Assembly: GCA_951406725.2 (NCBI GenBank)
Contig: OX597814.1
Span: 160,766,001-160,830,000, forward strand
Source of the DNA: Octopus vulgaris
Lineage: Eukaryota
DNA length: 64,000 nucleotides
Reading direction: 5' to 3'
The translations under genes and the position numbers were made by a program. Of the stretch, positions 12,967 to 25,812 are shown piece after piece (within the stretch, counting starts at the first letter, position 1; every line of letters starts with the position of its first letter). The notes under the pieces are model-generated. The model saw nothing but the letters and a program-made list of their open reading frames with translations. It did no database searches and was not told the origin of the DNA.

Positions 12967-13469
12967 TTTTGTGTGTGTGTGTGTGTAACAGTTCTCCATC
13001 CTTACAAAAGTGAAAAATCTAACAGTAACACAAGAAACTAAATCCCATCTTTTGCCAGTATGCTCCACAACAACTTGGCATACATACAAAGAAACTCCAG
13101 CTTAATGCACTTAACAGCAGAAAATATGACCAGTCAAAGAAAATCAACATTGTGGTCAAAAACAAATAGCATTAAGTAGTTTTCATTTACTCAAGAAAAT
13201 AGAGTCATTCATAATTAGTCTTTCAATAACTTTGATTCAATGATTTATTGAAAAACTAATGCAGAATGAAAACTAGTTTTTAATGTACATAATTCTAGTC
13301 ACACAACACACTGGGTTTCTATACTGAGTAAGTAGATATTCATGTCCATATTATTGCAAGTTGGCCGTTTTTGGTCTCCTTGGTTTCTAGTTAGGCAGGG
13401 AGGGTCTCCAATATAGCAAGAATTATTAAACATTCTAAGTCACTCAAACACACTCCAACCACCAGACCA

Positions 13470-13700
13470 CAGATATATTGTCCCTTCACTCTACCTTTTC
13501 TACCACTACTGCATACAGTAGTTTCTGCTCCTCAGAACTGACTGATCTAGTGCTACCTCCTCTCAAACACACCACTATCTCTTCATCTTCTCATTATCCA
13601 TACTGTATACCATCTTATCACTATTCCAAACCCTTTCTTACCCTAATGTCATTCTCTTGAAATTCCCTCCCACCACACATCATTTCTGCAGCTGTTAACT
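13470..13700 (+). mobile_element. CR1/L2/Jockey-type LINE 3' relic
   Basis: Broken translation resembles LYLFYHY..CSSELTDLV and (W)NSLP, typical of the ORF2 C-terminus. Confidence 0.45.
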
Positions 13701-13709
13701 TTTGAGACT

Positions 13710-13934
13710 TTAACCCTTTAGCATTTAAACCAACCATATCCAACCCAAATATTTTACCTGTTTTATGTTCAACCTGGCCAGATCCAGTCTCTCACACCTA
13801 CTCTACAATATCATTCTGAAATGTAATAATCTCATTAAAATCTTAAGACTATGAGATAATGCATGATTAATTTTTAATAATGTGGATGAATAAACATTTA
13901 CATTTGACCAAATAATCTGAATGCTAAAGGGTTA
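13710..13934 (+). mobile_element. MITE family A copy; further copies at ~26205-26454, 28587-28799, 29248-29447 (-) and 41658-41875
   Basis: ttaaccctttagcattt ... gaatgctaaagggtt termini and shared internal sequence. Confidence 0.85.
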
Positions 13935-14225
13935 GGCATAATTTTTAGATCAGTTCAAATATATCTGAGATATATTTGACTTGCAAAAATACCATTCTCA
14001 CTGTGGTTTGCCATGGAGAAAATGGCATTTCTGCTGATCAAATATGTCCCAAACATATTTGAAGTTATCATAAAGTTTGTTTATTTCACAACACAGTTTC
14101 ATGTACCAACCATATATTTTGTCCCAGCCTGGTAGCTGCAGCATGCAGTCAGAGAATTATTTCTACAGATTTCTTGTAAAGGAAGCCAATCCCTTCAGTC
14201 ATTGCAGAGTTGTTCTCCTTGACAT

Positions 14226-14269
14226 CTAATACTGATGAGAACAGAAAGTGCTCAAAATGCATATATTAG
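14226..14269 (+). ncRNA. Decayed minimal type I hammerhead ribozyme
   Basis: ctaata-CTGATGA-gaaca/gaaag/tgctc-AAAA-tgca-TA-tattag. Stem I is a perfect 6 bp, stem II is 4 of 5 bp, the stem III tetramer is palindromic, and GAAA is mutated to AAAA. Confidence 0.7.
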
Positions 14270-15922
14270 TCTATATATTAGGGGGAACTTTGAAATAGCT
14301 TTGGTGTTTTCCATCTTTTGCCTAAAAGGTAAGAATTTTTTTCCCTGACAAACTGCAATAAAAATTGCCTCTTTACAGATCAAATATGTCCCACGTGTAT
14401 TTGAATTGATCTAAAAGTTTGCTTATTTCACAACACTACTTTGTGTGCCAAACATGTATTTTAAGTTGAATGCTAACAGCATCAACCTCAGCAGACTTGG
14501 CAAGTTTTATAGAAGCCTTGAGCACAATCCCTTCCTCCAAACCAAACTTTAAAGAAAAATTATTTCTTGACAAATGCTTCTTCACTGTTACCATAAATTC
14601 TCCTATCGAATATCTCCAATCACCAATAAATTAGAATACCTCTGTTTAGTTCAGTTTGTTGAATTGATTGATTGTCTGCTCTGGTATCCCAGAAACAATT
14701 GAAATGAAGAAGTCCAAATACTTTATCAATGATTTTTACTAAGCAAAAGCAATAGCTTTTGGTAAGGATTTTTTTCAGTTTTCTTTTTTTTTTAAGTTGT
14801 TTTAACAAGTAATATTGATACATGCTGAATGAGCTATACATTATACAAAAATGAAATGGAAATACATTCATACACAGGATTACATTTTCTTTCAGATATT
14901 GATCATTTTCATTTTAAAGTCTACTTCTCTATGCATTCATAAGTCAGAAAGAGTTTATTGAAGCAGATTTTCTACAGTCAGATGCCCTTCCTGTTGCTAT
15001 CACTTATTTGTTTCCAAAGAAGGTAATATTTCCCCTATAGTCACCTGTGCCAGTGGCATGTAAAAAGCACCTAGCACACTTAAGTGGTTAGTGTTAAGAA
15101 GGGCATCCAGCCATAGAAACCACACCACAAACAGTTGGAGTCTGGCCATGTCAGACTGTCCAATCGATGCCAGGATGGAAAGCAGACTTTAAACAATGAT
15201 GATAATACATAATTTTTATCATGATTTTTATCAATAATTTAGCAGATCTGATTCCTTCATGATAAAGCAGCTTAGCTGTCCTTCCCCCTTGAAAATGCTA
15301 CTAAGAGCAGTCAAATTTCATTCAAGTCATACTAGATAAAGAAAATACACATAGACACTGTAGTTTTACAAACCAGTAAAAAGACAAGATTGTTATGCCT
15401 GGGATGCCTGTACTTGATCAGAGTAAGATGGAGCTAAACAACAGTAGCAATCATACCCAGTGGATTTTACTTAGGTAAGATTCAGAAAGACTAATAGTAT
15501 GATATTTATATAATGAGATCATATTTAATACATGAATTTTCCTCTCTCTACCTTTTCTTCTATTACAATAATTGCCTTTGCTTTTCAGAGCTGGCTGAGC
15601 TCAGGCCACCTCTATTCAATTACTCCCATCTTGTCTCATCTTTCCTCCTACCATCATCTTTGTTGTGTCCAGCCTCCTCTCCCTAGGCCCCACACTAATT
15701 ACTTTACTATGTCCAGTTTTCCCTTACCCAAACATCAGCTCTCTGCAATTGCCTCCCTGTTTGTTCTTTTCCCACATGTGTTGACTTATAAAGGACCAAA
15801 GAAACATTAATGGCCTCAATTCCACACGTCTTTGAGGTCTTTCCTCTAAACCCAGCAAGTAATAAAGAATAAAAAATAAATAAATAAATAAATCAGTTAC
15901 TGGTTCCACACCAGTAACTCAC

Positions 15923-15991
15923 AAATGTTTCATAAGTTAAAAACAAGTATTCTAACAGGTGATCCAATAGACGATTGTTACAGGTGTGCAT
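15923..15991 (-). CDS. Candidate alternative first exon, MHTCNNRLLDHLLEYLFLTYETF (phase 0)
   Basis: caaccATG context, in-frame TGA just upstream, 23 open codons, GTGAGT donor; AP-1-type ATGACTCAT at 16057-16065. Confidence 0.35.
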
Positions 15992-17829
15992 GGTTGATGA
16001 GATTCAACATGTCAAAACAGCCAACAATCACACAATTTCTGGGCTTTCTACTCGTTATGAGTCATTCCTCACTTAACTGCTTTTTTTTTTATATACTAAA
16101 ACAATATTATTTCATGCACCAGTGAGATAGAATCATGAGGTTTATTAACTGCAGGAGGTAAGGTGAGAATTGTGAGGCTCATGGACAAGTTTTTAAGAAT
16201 AACCTAGAATATATAAGTAATAACTGGTAATTAAACCACAGTTCCAAACTTAATTCGCCAAGAGCTATACATTGGAGCACTGTATACTCCATCTTTATAC
16301 AACTTATGAACCTACAATACGTTTCTCATATACTGTAACTAATCTTAACTCTTCCAGATTTACCTTTTTAAGGATAAACCTATAATACTAAGGTGCACGG
16401 GTGTAACAGCTAAAACCATTTGTACAAGTGTGCCATGAAATATTGTTATTTATCATAAGAAAATGTAAACTGGCTCATCTTAGCAGCAAAATAACAAGCT
16501 TAAGCCCTGTCAAAAGCTATCAGATTTTTCCTCCTCCTCACAGCAAACTAACTTATTCCACTGTGTGATCATTTGCCATTAGACTATCTGATAAATGGCA
16601 GGGGGAGAGGCAAGTTCACTTGGACTCAGCTGAGCAAGCTTAAAGCAGTTAAAAAAAGAAAGGGTATTGCTGATACTACAACAAAGCATATGATACATGG
16701 ACATATAATAAGAATGGCTGAAGTAATGCTATCAGTTGACATTAACTGCTAAATAGTAATCCCGAGAAAATTTGCTATAAAGCAATTTCACAAATGTAAT
16801 AGATTAGAATCAAATTAAGTAAAGAATTGAGAAAATATTGGACAAACTGAAGTGTAATAATTCAGCTAAGATAGATTGCAAACAGAAAAGGGAATGTAAA
16901 ACCAATATGAAAGAGTTAAAGTAATTACATGAATATACGAGAAGTTAACTGAAACAAGCATTTAACTTTCAACCATCTTGAAAATTGCCTTCATTTCATT
17001 TCCAGAACACTACATTGTCCCTTCTTGCATGCTGCAAACTATATTTCCTTTTACTGTTTTATATAATCTACAATTCTTTTCCCTGTTGTGTGCAATAAAG
17101 TAATGAATAAAACTTATAAAAAGCATTATGTTACTATAAGAAACAAACAATACTGCCTTAGAATTCCACAAACTAAATAAATGCCAATGCTGGGAAAAAG
17201 GTCTCCGTTATTTAATTGATGCAGAGAAAAGAAAAGAAAGCTGTAACAAATCAAATTCAAATATCTGAGAATATTATTACCAAACATTCACAGCAATTAA
17301 GGAGTGTTATATAAATCCTATTTGTATAGTAAAACAAGTATTTATCTCAAAGTTTTTACAATATATTGTAATCTTCAATTCATGATCCCATTTTCTATAG
17401 TAGTGTGTGTATATGTTTGTATTTTCTTTCTCGACAACTGTAAATGTCAAAAAATTCCATCTCCAATAGTAGATAATGCATGACTTTGAAGCTTAGTCGC
17501 AAGTACAAAAATAATCAACAACAAATTTTAATGGTAACTCAATACATAATAAGCAAAAGCAACAAACTGATGTTCATCCAAGATATGAAAACAACCAAGC
17601 TGTGATGTATGTAAAAGCATAATACATTTTCAGAAGTATCAAAACAAAAACAACTCCAACTTGAATGGAAATTAGGGCAGCACAAAGTAGATCACTGCAT
17701 ATTTTAAGAAGCTTACTGTTGAGGCATAGATAACTACTAATGATCATCAAAATTAAGAATCTACAGGAATTTTAAAGATGAATGTAACCAGATACATTTT
17801 TTTTTAATAAAGGTACTTGAACACTAAGT

Positions 17830-18125
17830 GATGTACTATTAGCACAGCTAATAGAAAGGACTAGATGTTGTACTAGTGGTACAGCTAGTAGAGAAAATTA
17901 GATGCTGTGCTAGTGACACAACTAATAGAGAAGACAATCAAGTATTAGAGTACAGGACTAGATGCTGTGCTAGTAACCCAGTGAATAGAGGGGACTAAAT
18001 GCTGTATTAGCAGCACAGCTACTACAGCAGATTAGATGGCATACTCATAGTGTACTAATTGCACAGCTAGTGGAATGGACTATATGAAATGCAAGTGGTA
18101 CAACTAGCAGTGAGGATTAAATACT
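17830..18125. repeat. 37-bp minisatellite, ~7 diverged copies
   Basis: Unit like gatgctgtgctagtgacacagctaatagagaggacta repeated head to tail. Confidence 0.85.
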
Positions 18126-18463
18126 CTACAATACCTAATTTTTAGCCTCATGTTGCTAAGATCAAACACCAAGGTAGATTATGCCATTAATCTATGGAAT
18201 GCAAACAAATTCAAGTATAATGCTAAATTAATACAAATGACTATGACATTAGATGTACAGGTAACAACTCAATGTGAGCTGAGGGAATTGGGAATTAAAG
18301 GTAGCAACTAATGCGGGAGATAAACCTATGTCGGTATGGATATGTAATGGGAATTGACAGTGAGTGCTGCATCCTGACAGTGGAAGTTTTTTCATAGAAG
18401 AGAAAATAGTGAAATTAGATTTGAAGAATTTTTGCCTCACAGACAAGATAAAATACTGCATAC

Positions 18464-18484
18464 CCTTCTGATCCATTCCAACAT
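18464..18484 (-). CDS. Weak candidate first exon, MLEWIRR (phase 0)
   Basis: ATG...AGG|GTATGC; unique sequence upstream with CRE-like tgacgtaa near 18676. Short enough to arise by chance. Confidence 0.2.
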
Positions 18485-19049
18485 GAGGCAGGGGGGAAAA
18501 AAATAAAAGACAGCCATCAAAGCAAAGCAGCCTTGACAGAAGTAGGAGGTATACAAGGATTAGTGGCCTAGTAAAACAAAATATCAGTGTAAAGACAGCT
18601 TAGCACAACAGCTACTGATGTAAATAAACACAATTAGTAATAGCATGGAAAGAACGGTAAGCCCACTGCAGCAGATGACGTAAGCTTTTAAAAAAAAAAA
18701 AAGGAAAACAAAAACGAAAGATCAGTTTTCGAATTGTAAGCTATTACTTAGAATAGTTAGACAAATTGTTTTTTTTAAATAGTGGAATCCTAAAGCAGAG
18801 AATAGGTGTAGTTCTTGACAAAAATGTATCTAGATCTAGTTCAAATGGCCTAGATTCTGCAACAACTTTAATAAATATTCATAGCTAGTGAAATATTTGT
18901 TTGCAAGCAGGACTAAAAAATAACAACAAGCCTAGTAAGTTGGCCATCAGCATTCTATAGCTTTTAACTTAAGACAGAAATAAACTGCAACAGACACAGG
19001 AATAAACATATAACAATTATTATAATAATCATCTTCATATGACTATGTG

Positions 19050-19080
<31 letters not shown>

Positions 19081-19713
19081 ACACATACACACACACACAG
19101 AGAACATCTGTATCTGCTTTTCATAATAAAATATTTCTTAACACCAGGGAAAGTCTTTTGCTTTCTGAATAAAATGAATGCACATTAGCAAGAAAAAAAT
19201 CCAAAGGATAATCAACTATAAACAAATTAATTAACTATTACATATAGTGAGTAGTCTATTTTTTTTCAATCCCATTCATACATTCAAGTATATTATTATA
19301 TATATGTTATAAAAATCTGAAATGTAAAATGGTTGAGTGAGAAGCTGATAAACCTTTCTCATAAAAAAACTGATATGTTATTATCATTAACTAGAATAAC
19401 TGGTAACATTGCTAGGGTGAATCACAATTGGCAATAACAGAAGTAAATTGCTGCAGCTTGTAATAATATTACTAACAAACAACAAAATTAAATTCTAATG
19501 ATGTAATTACACTCTAGAAAACAGGGAAAGTAATTTCCCCTACATTATTTTTGACTGGTCATGAACTGGTATTGTACAATAAAAGCTATTAAAATAGCCA
19601 TCTACATATCATATTCAATGTATACACATTACTGACAGTATTTGTCCTGACATAATATCTCTTATGGATTTGTGTTAAAAATACAATAAATATCAGAGAG
19701 ACAAAAATTTAAC

Positions 19714-19818
19714 CCAGTAACATTCAGTGTGAGCACTAGACACATTTGAGCCGTTTGGGGCCTCTTCAATGGAATATACTCGCAGCCAATCACTTGCATG
19801 GATGAGAATTCGTTGTCT
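19714..19818 (-). CDS. Candidate 105-nt frame-preserving internal exon
   Basis: Acceptor ttttttcactttttctgtatcAG; higher GC than flanks; open as RQRILIHASDWLRVYSIEEAPNGSNVSSAHTECYW or DNEFSSMQVIGCEYIPLKRPQTAQMCLVLTLNVT; donor TGG|GTTAAA is weak. Confidence 0.3.
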
Positions 19819-21366
19819 CTGATACAGAAAAAGTGAAAAAAATTATTCACTGATACTGTGAATAGCTACAGAGCTTATTAAAAATCTGATATATACAATC
19901 AAAACATATTTACTTAATTAAAACAGCCATCTAAGTACCATCTTTTCTTTATTTATTTTCTTTGGGGTTTATTCTTACTTGTGGTAGCTTGAATTCAATT
20001 GAAATGGACAACAAATCAGTGCAGAAAAAATAGAAAAACATTAAAAAAAGTTTTAAAAATGAAATAACTTTTTCGTTTTCATTGTACCTCCCAAGAAGGA
20101 AAAAACAATGTTCTTCACCCCCTGTGGCATCAACAAAAAGATAAAATAGATGGAGATAAAAGGAAAGACAGTGTTGTAAACAGAAATCAACATCAGGGAA
20201 AATAACAAAATATTAATAAAATTAACAAAACAGCTGAAAAACTCCAAGGGATATTACATTCAATTTTTTAATATTTTGACAAGAACATTGTTCAGATAAG
20301 ATTGTCCCACAATGCATTTGGTTTTTACAGGAGCACAGATGATTTCATCTTCAAGCAATGTATCTAGGGAAGTTAAGTTAGCATACCACATGCTTCTTCA
20401 AGTCAGGTTATATAACAAAGGTATTTACAAATTTTATATTTTTAAGGAGATTTTTTTAAAAAATAGTTTAAAGATTGAATGGAATATGAAAGACATCTAT
20501 AAACCGAGTGTTCGTAAAAGCTTAAAGCAGAAAGTTGATACACCTAACAATTTTCACGTACATACATATTCACACACTACAACTACCCAATATTTCCAAA
20601 AGACTTAATAAGCCATATTTTCTGCCACCATTGTTGGGTCCCTGTTTGTTTTGGTATTCATGAAGTATAGCATCTCCTTATTTTTACTCATTCCTTTCTA
20701 ATTCTATTTCAGTATTGTTGTTCGATATGTTGTATCAATCATTGTGAGCTCCTGTCAACAGCAATTTCATTCTCTTTGATATATTGCAGATTGGTCTGCC
20801 TCCACTTCTCCTTCTTTGGTGCCAAGCAACACAAGGAAAACATGTAGTACTTCCTATGTAGCATATATTTTTGTGTTGTCATGGTAACTGAAAAGCAACA
20901 CGGACAAACATTTGTGCTTTATATATAAATAGTGAAACCAAAACAATATTCTCTTTAGTTTCAGTGTGTTTGATGAAGGGGACAAACAGAACACAAAAAG
21001 CAAATAAAAAAAAAATTAAAAAATAGAAATGTCAAGGGAATTGACATGTAAAAATTGAGAGAAGTAAATTTACATAAAAGAGAGAAACATTGTACACCAT
21101 TTTACAATTACCTTGATGATAACTAAACATACAAGCATAATATATATATGTATACGTGTGTATATACACACACACACACACACAGAGGAATGCCTGCATC
21201 TGCTTTTTGTAATAAAATATTTCCTATCACCAAGGAAACCCTTGCTGCCTGAATGAATGCCACACAAATAGGAAAAAATTTGAATGAATAATGGAACAAA
21301 TTGTCTCTATTACATGTATTGAGCACATTTTTCATTTCATCCATATACCCAAACATACACAAATGT

Positions 21367-21672
21367 ATCATCATCATCGTTTAAAGTCCGTTTACCATGC
21401 TAGCATGTGTTGGACGGTTCGACCGGGGTCTGGGAAGCCAGGAGGCTGCACCAGGCTCCAGTCTGATCTGGCAGTGTTTCTACAGCTGGATGCCCTTCCT
21501 AATGCCAATCACTCTATGAGTGTAGTGGGTGCTTTTTACGTGCCACTGGCACAGGGGCCAGAGGAGGCTGGCAAACGGCTACGATCGGTTGGTACTTTTT
21601 ACGTGTTACCGACACAGACTCCAGTCAGGCGGCGCTGGCATCAGCTACGTTCGGACGGTGCTTTTTACATGT
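21367..21672 (-). mobile_element. Young 5'-truncated RTE-family 3' UTR copy
   Basis: (CAT)n tail, then sequence closely matching 57145-57400; CpGs retained. Confidence 0.85.
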
Positions 21673-21931
21673 CGAAACATAGAGTGGGTTGAGTGAGGAG
21701 CTAACAAGCTCTTCTGATAGAAAAACCTACTACTGAGTTGGGGCTGTTCAAGGACAAACAATATTCTGCATAGTACAGAAATAAAGAACAGAGATGGATA
21801 GACAAACAGACAGATACACATATAACTAATTAATTAATTAATTAATTGATGACGAAGTTGCAACTGGTCAAAGAATACGATTGAATATTTTAAAGAGTGA
21901 ACAAAGAAGGCACAATGAAAAATAAATATGA

Positions 21932-23142
21932 TCAGGTCATCCCATAAGTTCTGTCCGATTTTACCTTTTTTACAATTGAATGAAATTTAATAGTATTTTA
22001 GAATGTCTAATAGAATTAAAAATTATTTTTATGAATTTTTTATGCATTTGTGTACATTTAAACTAATTAAATATTATTTTACAGAATAGAATTAAAATTT
22101 CTTTGATTAAAACCCTTTCCAACCTGGAAATATCCAAAGACCATTTGAGGTACATAATGTTTTATGAGTACAAAAAAGGAAACTCTACAGCCAAAGCAAC
22201 TTGAAACATACACTTAGTTTATGGGAAAGAATGCTTGAATGAAAGAACTTGCAGAAGATAGTTTGCAAAATTCAGAAGTGAAGATTTCAGCTTTGAAGAT
22301 GAAGACCAAACAGGATGTCCAGTTGAGTTTGATGATAAGCTCCTTGAGGCATTACTTGAAGAAAATCCTGCATTATCAGTTGAAGAATTGGTAATAAAGC
22401 TTATCGTCATCTTCAACAACTTGGAAAGGCTCCAAAACTTGGAAAATGGGTGCCTCATGAATTGTCTGAAAGCAACCGCAAATCCTGAGTTGACATCTGC
22501 TCTTCTCTCCATTCTCGCGAACTCATTTCACCCTTTTTGGATAGACTTGTGACTGGTGACAAAAAAATGGATCTTCTATCGACATGTTAAACATTGTAAA
22601 CAGTGGCTTGGTAAAAGGGAAAAGGCTCAACCATAACCGCAAAGGGAAATTCATGGGAAAAAGGTTCTCTCTATCTGGTGGGATTGCAAAGGAATAATTC
22701 ACTTTGAATCAAGCTTTGAAGAAAAAAAAGACCTGCTTTAGTGAATTGAAAAGGAGTGATGTTTCATCAGGACAACGTGCAACCCCACACTGCAAAGATC
22801 ACATCACAGAAGATCGAAGAGCTTGGTTGGGAAAAAATTCCTCATCCACCTTATTCTCCTGACCTTGCTCCTTCAGACTACCATTTGTTTCATAGTTTAC
22901 AGAATCATTTGGGGGACATAACTTTTGCAAGCCAGGAGGAGGTCAAAACTGACATTTCAGAGTTCTTGGCTTTGAAACCAAAAGAGTTTTACATTGATGG
23001 GATTAAAAAGCTTGTAAATAGATGGAATGAAGTCATAGATAATCAGGGAAAGTACATTGATGATTAAATTTCAATTAAATATAACATTTGATCACTTGTT
23101 TTCTTTATTCAAAATTCAGACAGAACTTATGTGGTGACCTGA
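21932..23142 (+). mobile_element. Full-length defective mariner (Tc1/mariner, DD34D)
   Basis: ~30-bp TIRs tcaggtcatcccataagttctgtccgatttt and aaaattcagacagaacttatgtggtgacctga; TA on the right flank, left flank mutated to GA; 1211 bp. Confidence 0.95.
22124..23067 (+). pseudogene. Mariner transposase pseudogene
   Basis: EISKDHLRYIMFYEYKKG N-terminus with the start codon lost, WVPHEL, VTGDKKW, HQDN and HPPYSPDLAPSDYHLF; multiple stops and frameshifts. Confidence 0.95.
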
Positions 23143-25412
23143 TAGCTAGGACCTAGCTGTTGCTTTTTGTTCCTTCCTGTTGTCCTTAGTTCAGAATAAA
23201 CACATTTTCATTGAGGCATGTATATCAGTACATATATAAAAGGATTACCTTAAATGCATAACATTATAAGCAATTAACTAGGATATAACTTCGATCAAAG
23301 CACAGACATTTCTTTCTCATTAAATCCAAGTCATCAACCCAAGTAATTAGACATGTTAATATTTATTCAAAACAGAGTAAACACACACACACACATGAGT
23401 GATAGTTATTACTTAGAGCTTATTGATAAATATTTAATCAGCAAACAACTGGCTTGGTCGTTAACTGTAAAATAAAATTTATCAATAGATGTTGACCAAA
23501 ATATCTCATCCATCATTTCCGAGTTCCCAAGTCCAGCTAAAATGTTTTTACACTCATCAATCTATTTCGGGCCCTCCCCTGCCACGTTTCCTTCCCAAAA
23601 CACAACAGTAAACAGCAGTCTAGAACTTTGCTTTTGCAGTACTGACTTTCATTTTGAATTATTTGCATGGGAGAAGAGTTGCACACACACGCACGCGCAC
23701 ACACACACATACACAAAGCAAACTTTTAGCAACATACTGATAATTCCACTGTGAAAAAGTTCAAATCAGTACAAAGACACAAAAATATTTCCTTTGTATT
23801 TCCTACTTTCATCTCTGCACCAAGAATGGTAGAAGAGATTCAACAACGATTAACCCTCAACCTATTCTTCACTGATTTGCAAATTAAATGACTATATCCA
23901 TTCTAAGATCTACTCCAAGATCAGGGGATATATTACAAAATTATCAGAATGTTTTTGTTTTCTTGTTTAAACCACATCTCTATTTTAAGAAATTTCAACT
24001 AACATCCATTAAAACAAGAAACAATTGCAGACAGAATACTCAATGACTATGTTCAAACTGCAGTAAACAGTAGCTATCAAATATAGAGAGTTATAGATCA
24101 GTAATATTCACAGCAGTTTTTCCATCACATACAATTTTGTAGTCTCATTTACAATATGTCATTACCATCATAACCATTATCATCACTGCTACCATTATCA
24201 TTATCATTTATAGGCTTTAGTTCCACTTCTTGCATGCTTGTGCTGGCTTCAATTAGAGAATCCATTTAACATAAAAATATTTTAACTGAGAAACAAGGTT
24301 ACTCTAGTATTAAAGTAACAAGCCAAAGAATTGTGAATCAATGAAAGATAATCAAAATGGTCTACAGAGAACAAACAACAGACCAGACTAGGATGATACA
24401 GCAGTTATTTTATAGTGCATTAAAGACTATAGACAATTTACTGGTACAATATACAATTCTTAAATTGATTATGACATTCAAACTGAATTCTTTTATTAAC
24501 ACTTGCAGTAATTTAGAGATATGAGACTATAATGGCTGGATAAATCATCAATATGGCTAACAATTTTCTGTCCATTTTCCCAGTCCATCATAGAATGGAC
24601 AAAAGGAATTTATGGAAGGAGATAGATTTACTGGACAAAGTACTGGATGGAAGGAAAGACAAAGGAATATCAGGAAGGAGTGATGTATACAGAGGCAAAG
24701 GAAGGGATGGTGGGAGAGATAGAGAAAGAGAGGGGTAAAGGAATGGATGGAAGAAAAGAGATATACAAGGACAAACAGACAAGATCTATGCTTTGGCTTC
24801 CCTGTAGCTGTCTAACTTTGGTCAATACTCCAACAAGAGCTTCAACATGGTCACTCAATGGGCTAGAAATAACAGCCAAATCTCCCTTAAACCATACCAC
24901 ACCATATCACATAAAGAAAGGATACATTACACAATGTATTTCTAGGCAAGATGGCCAAGGCTGGTTTGTTTAATCAAAGTTGGCCTAAAGTTAACAATTC
25001 ATAAATGCAGATGCTATTTTTTTTTCTCTAACACCGAGTTATCCCAACTGCTGTCAATTCCTATTAGAGTTTAGCTTCCTTTTTCAGTTCATTTTTCCAT
25101 AATCTTTGTGTTTCAAAATTACATCATGCTTATTATCTGCTAATATTTGTAGTTTATCTTATCTGAAAACATTTGATCATTATTGCTCAATATGTGCTTA
25201 TTTAGCTGCAAAATAACTCAGTTATCAAGCAAAATAACTCAGTTATCAAGTTATCAGTTATCAAGCATTTTTTTTCTGTGGTAGGTTATTCATACAGAGT
25301 TCAATTTCACGTCTTATTTTTTTGTTTTGAAAAAAAAAAATGAAAGAGAAACACTGTTATCCACAGAGGACAATCCTGCTAAATCTTTCGAATTGTTCAA
25401 CACTATATAGTA

Positions 25413-25812
25413 TACTCTTTACTCTTTTACTTGTTTCAGTCATTTAACTGCGGCCATGCTGGAACACCACCGTTTAGTCGAGCAAATCGACCCCGGGACT
25501 TATTCTTTGTAAGCCCAGTACTTATTCTATCGGTCTTTTTTGCCGAACCGCTAAGTGACGGGGACGTAAACACACCAGCATCGGTTGTCAAGCAATGCTA
25601 GGGGGACAAACACAGACACACAAGCACACACACACATATATATATATATATATACGACAGGCGTCTTTCAGTTTCCGTCTACCAAATCCACTCACAAGGC
25701 ATTGGTCGGCCCGGGGCTATAGCAGAAGACACTTGCCCAAGATGCCACGCAGTGGGACTGAACCCGGAACCATGTGGTTGGTTAGCAAGCTACTTACCAC
25801 ACAGCCACTCCT
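25413..25812 (-). mobile_element. Young ~400-bp tRNA-headed SINE with internal (TA)n(TG)n
   Basis: Head ggagtggctgtgtggtaag...ggttccgggttcagtccc, tail gactgaaacaagtaaaagagtaaagagta, CpG-rich. Older copies near 26845, 29496, 39870, 46120, 48050, 49236, 54830, 55245 and 63405. Confidence 0.9.

Noticed and set aside
16141-16165. Plus-strand ctgcag-GAG-gtaagg, resembling a 3-nt microexon
   Set aside because: Poor pyrimidine tract and no other evidence of a plus-strand gene.
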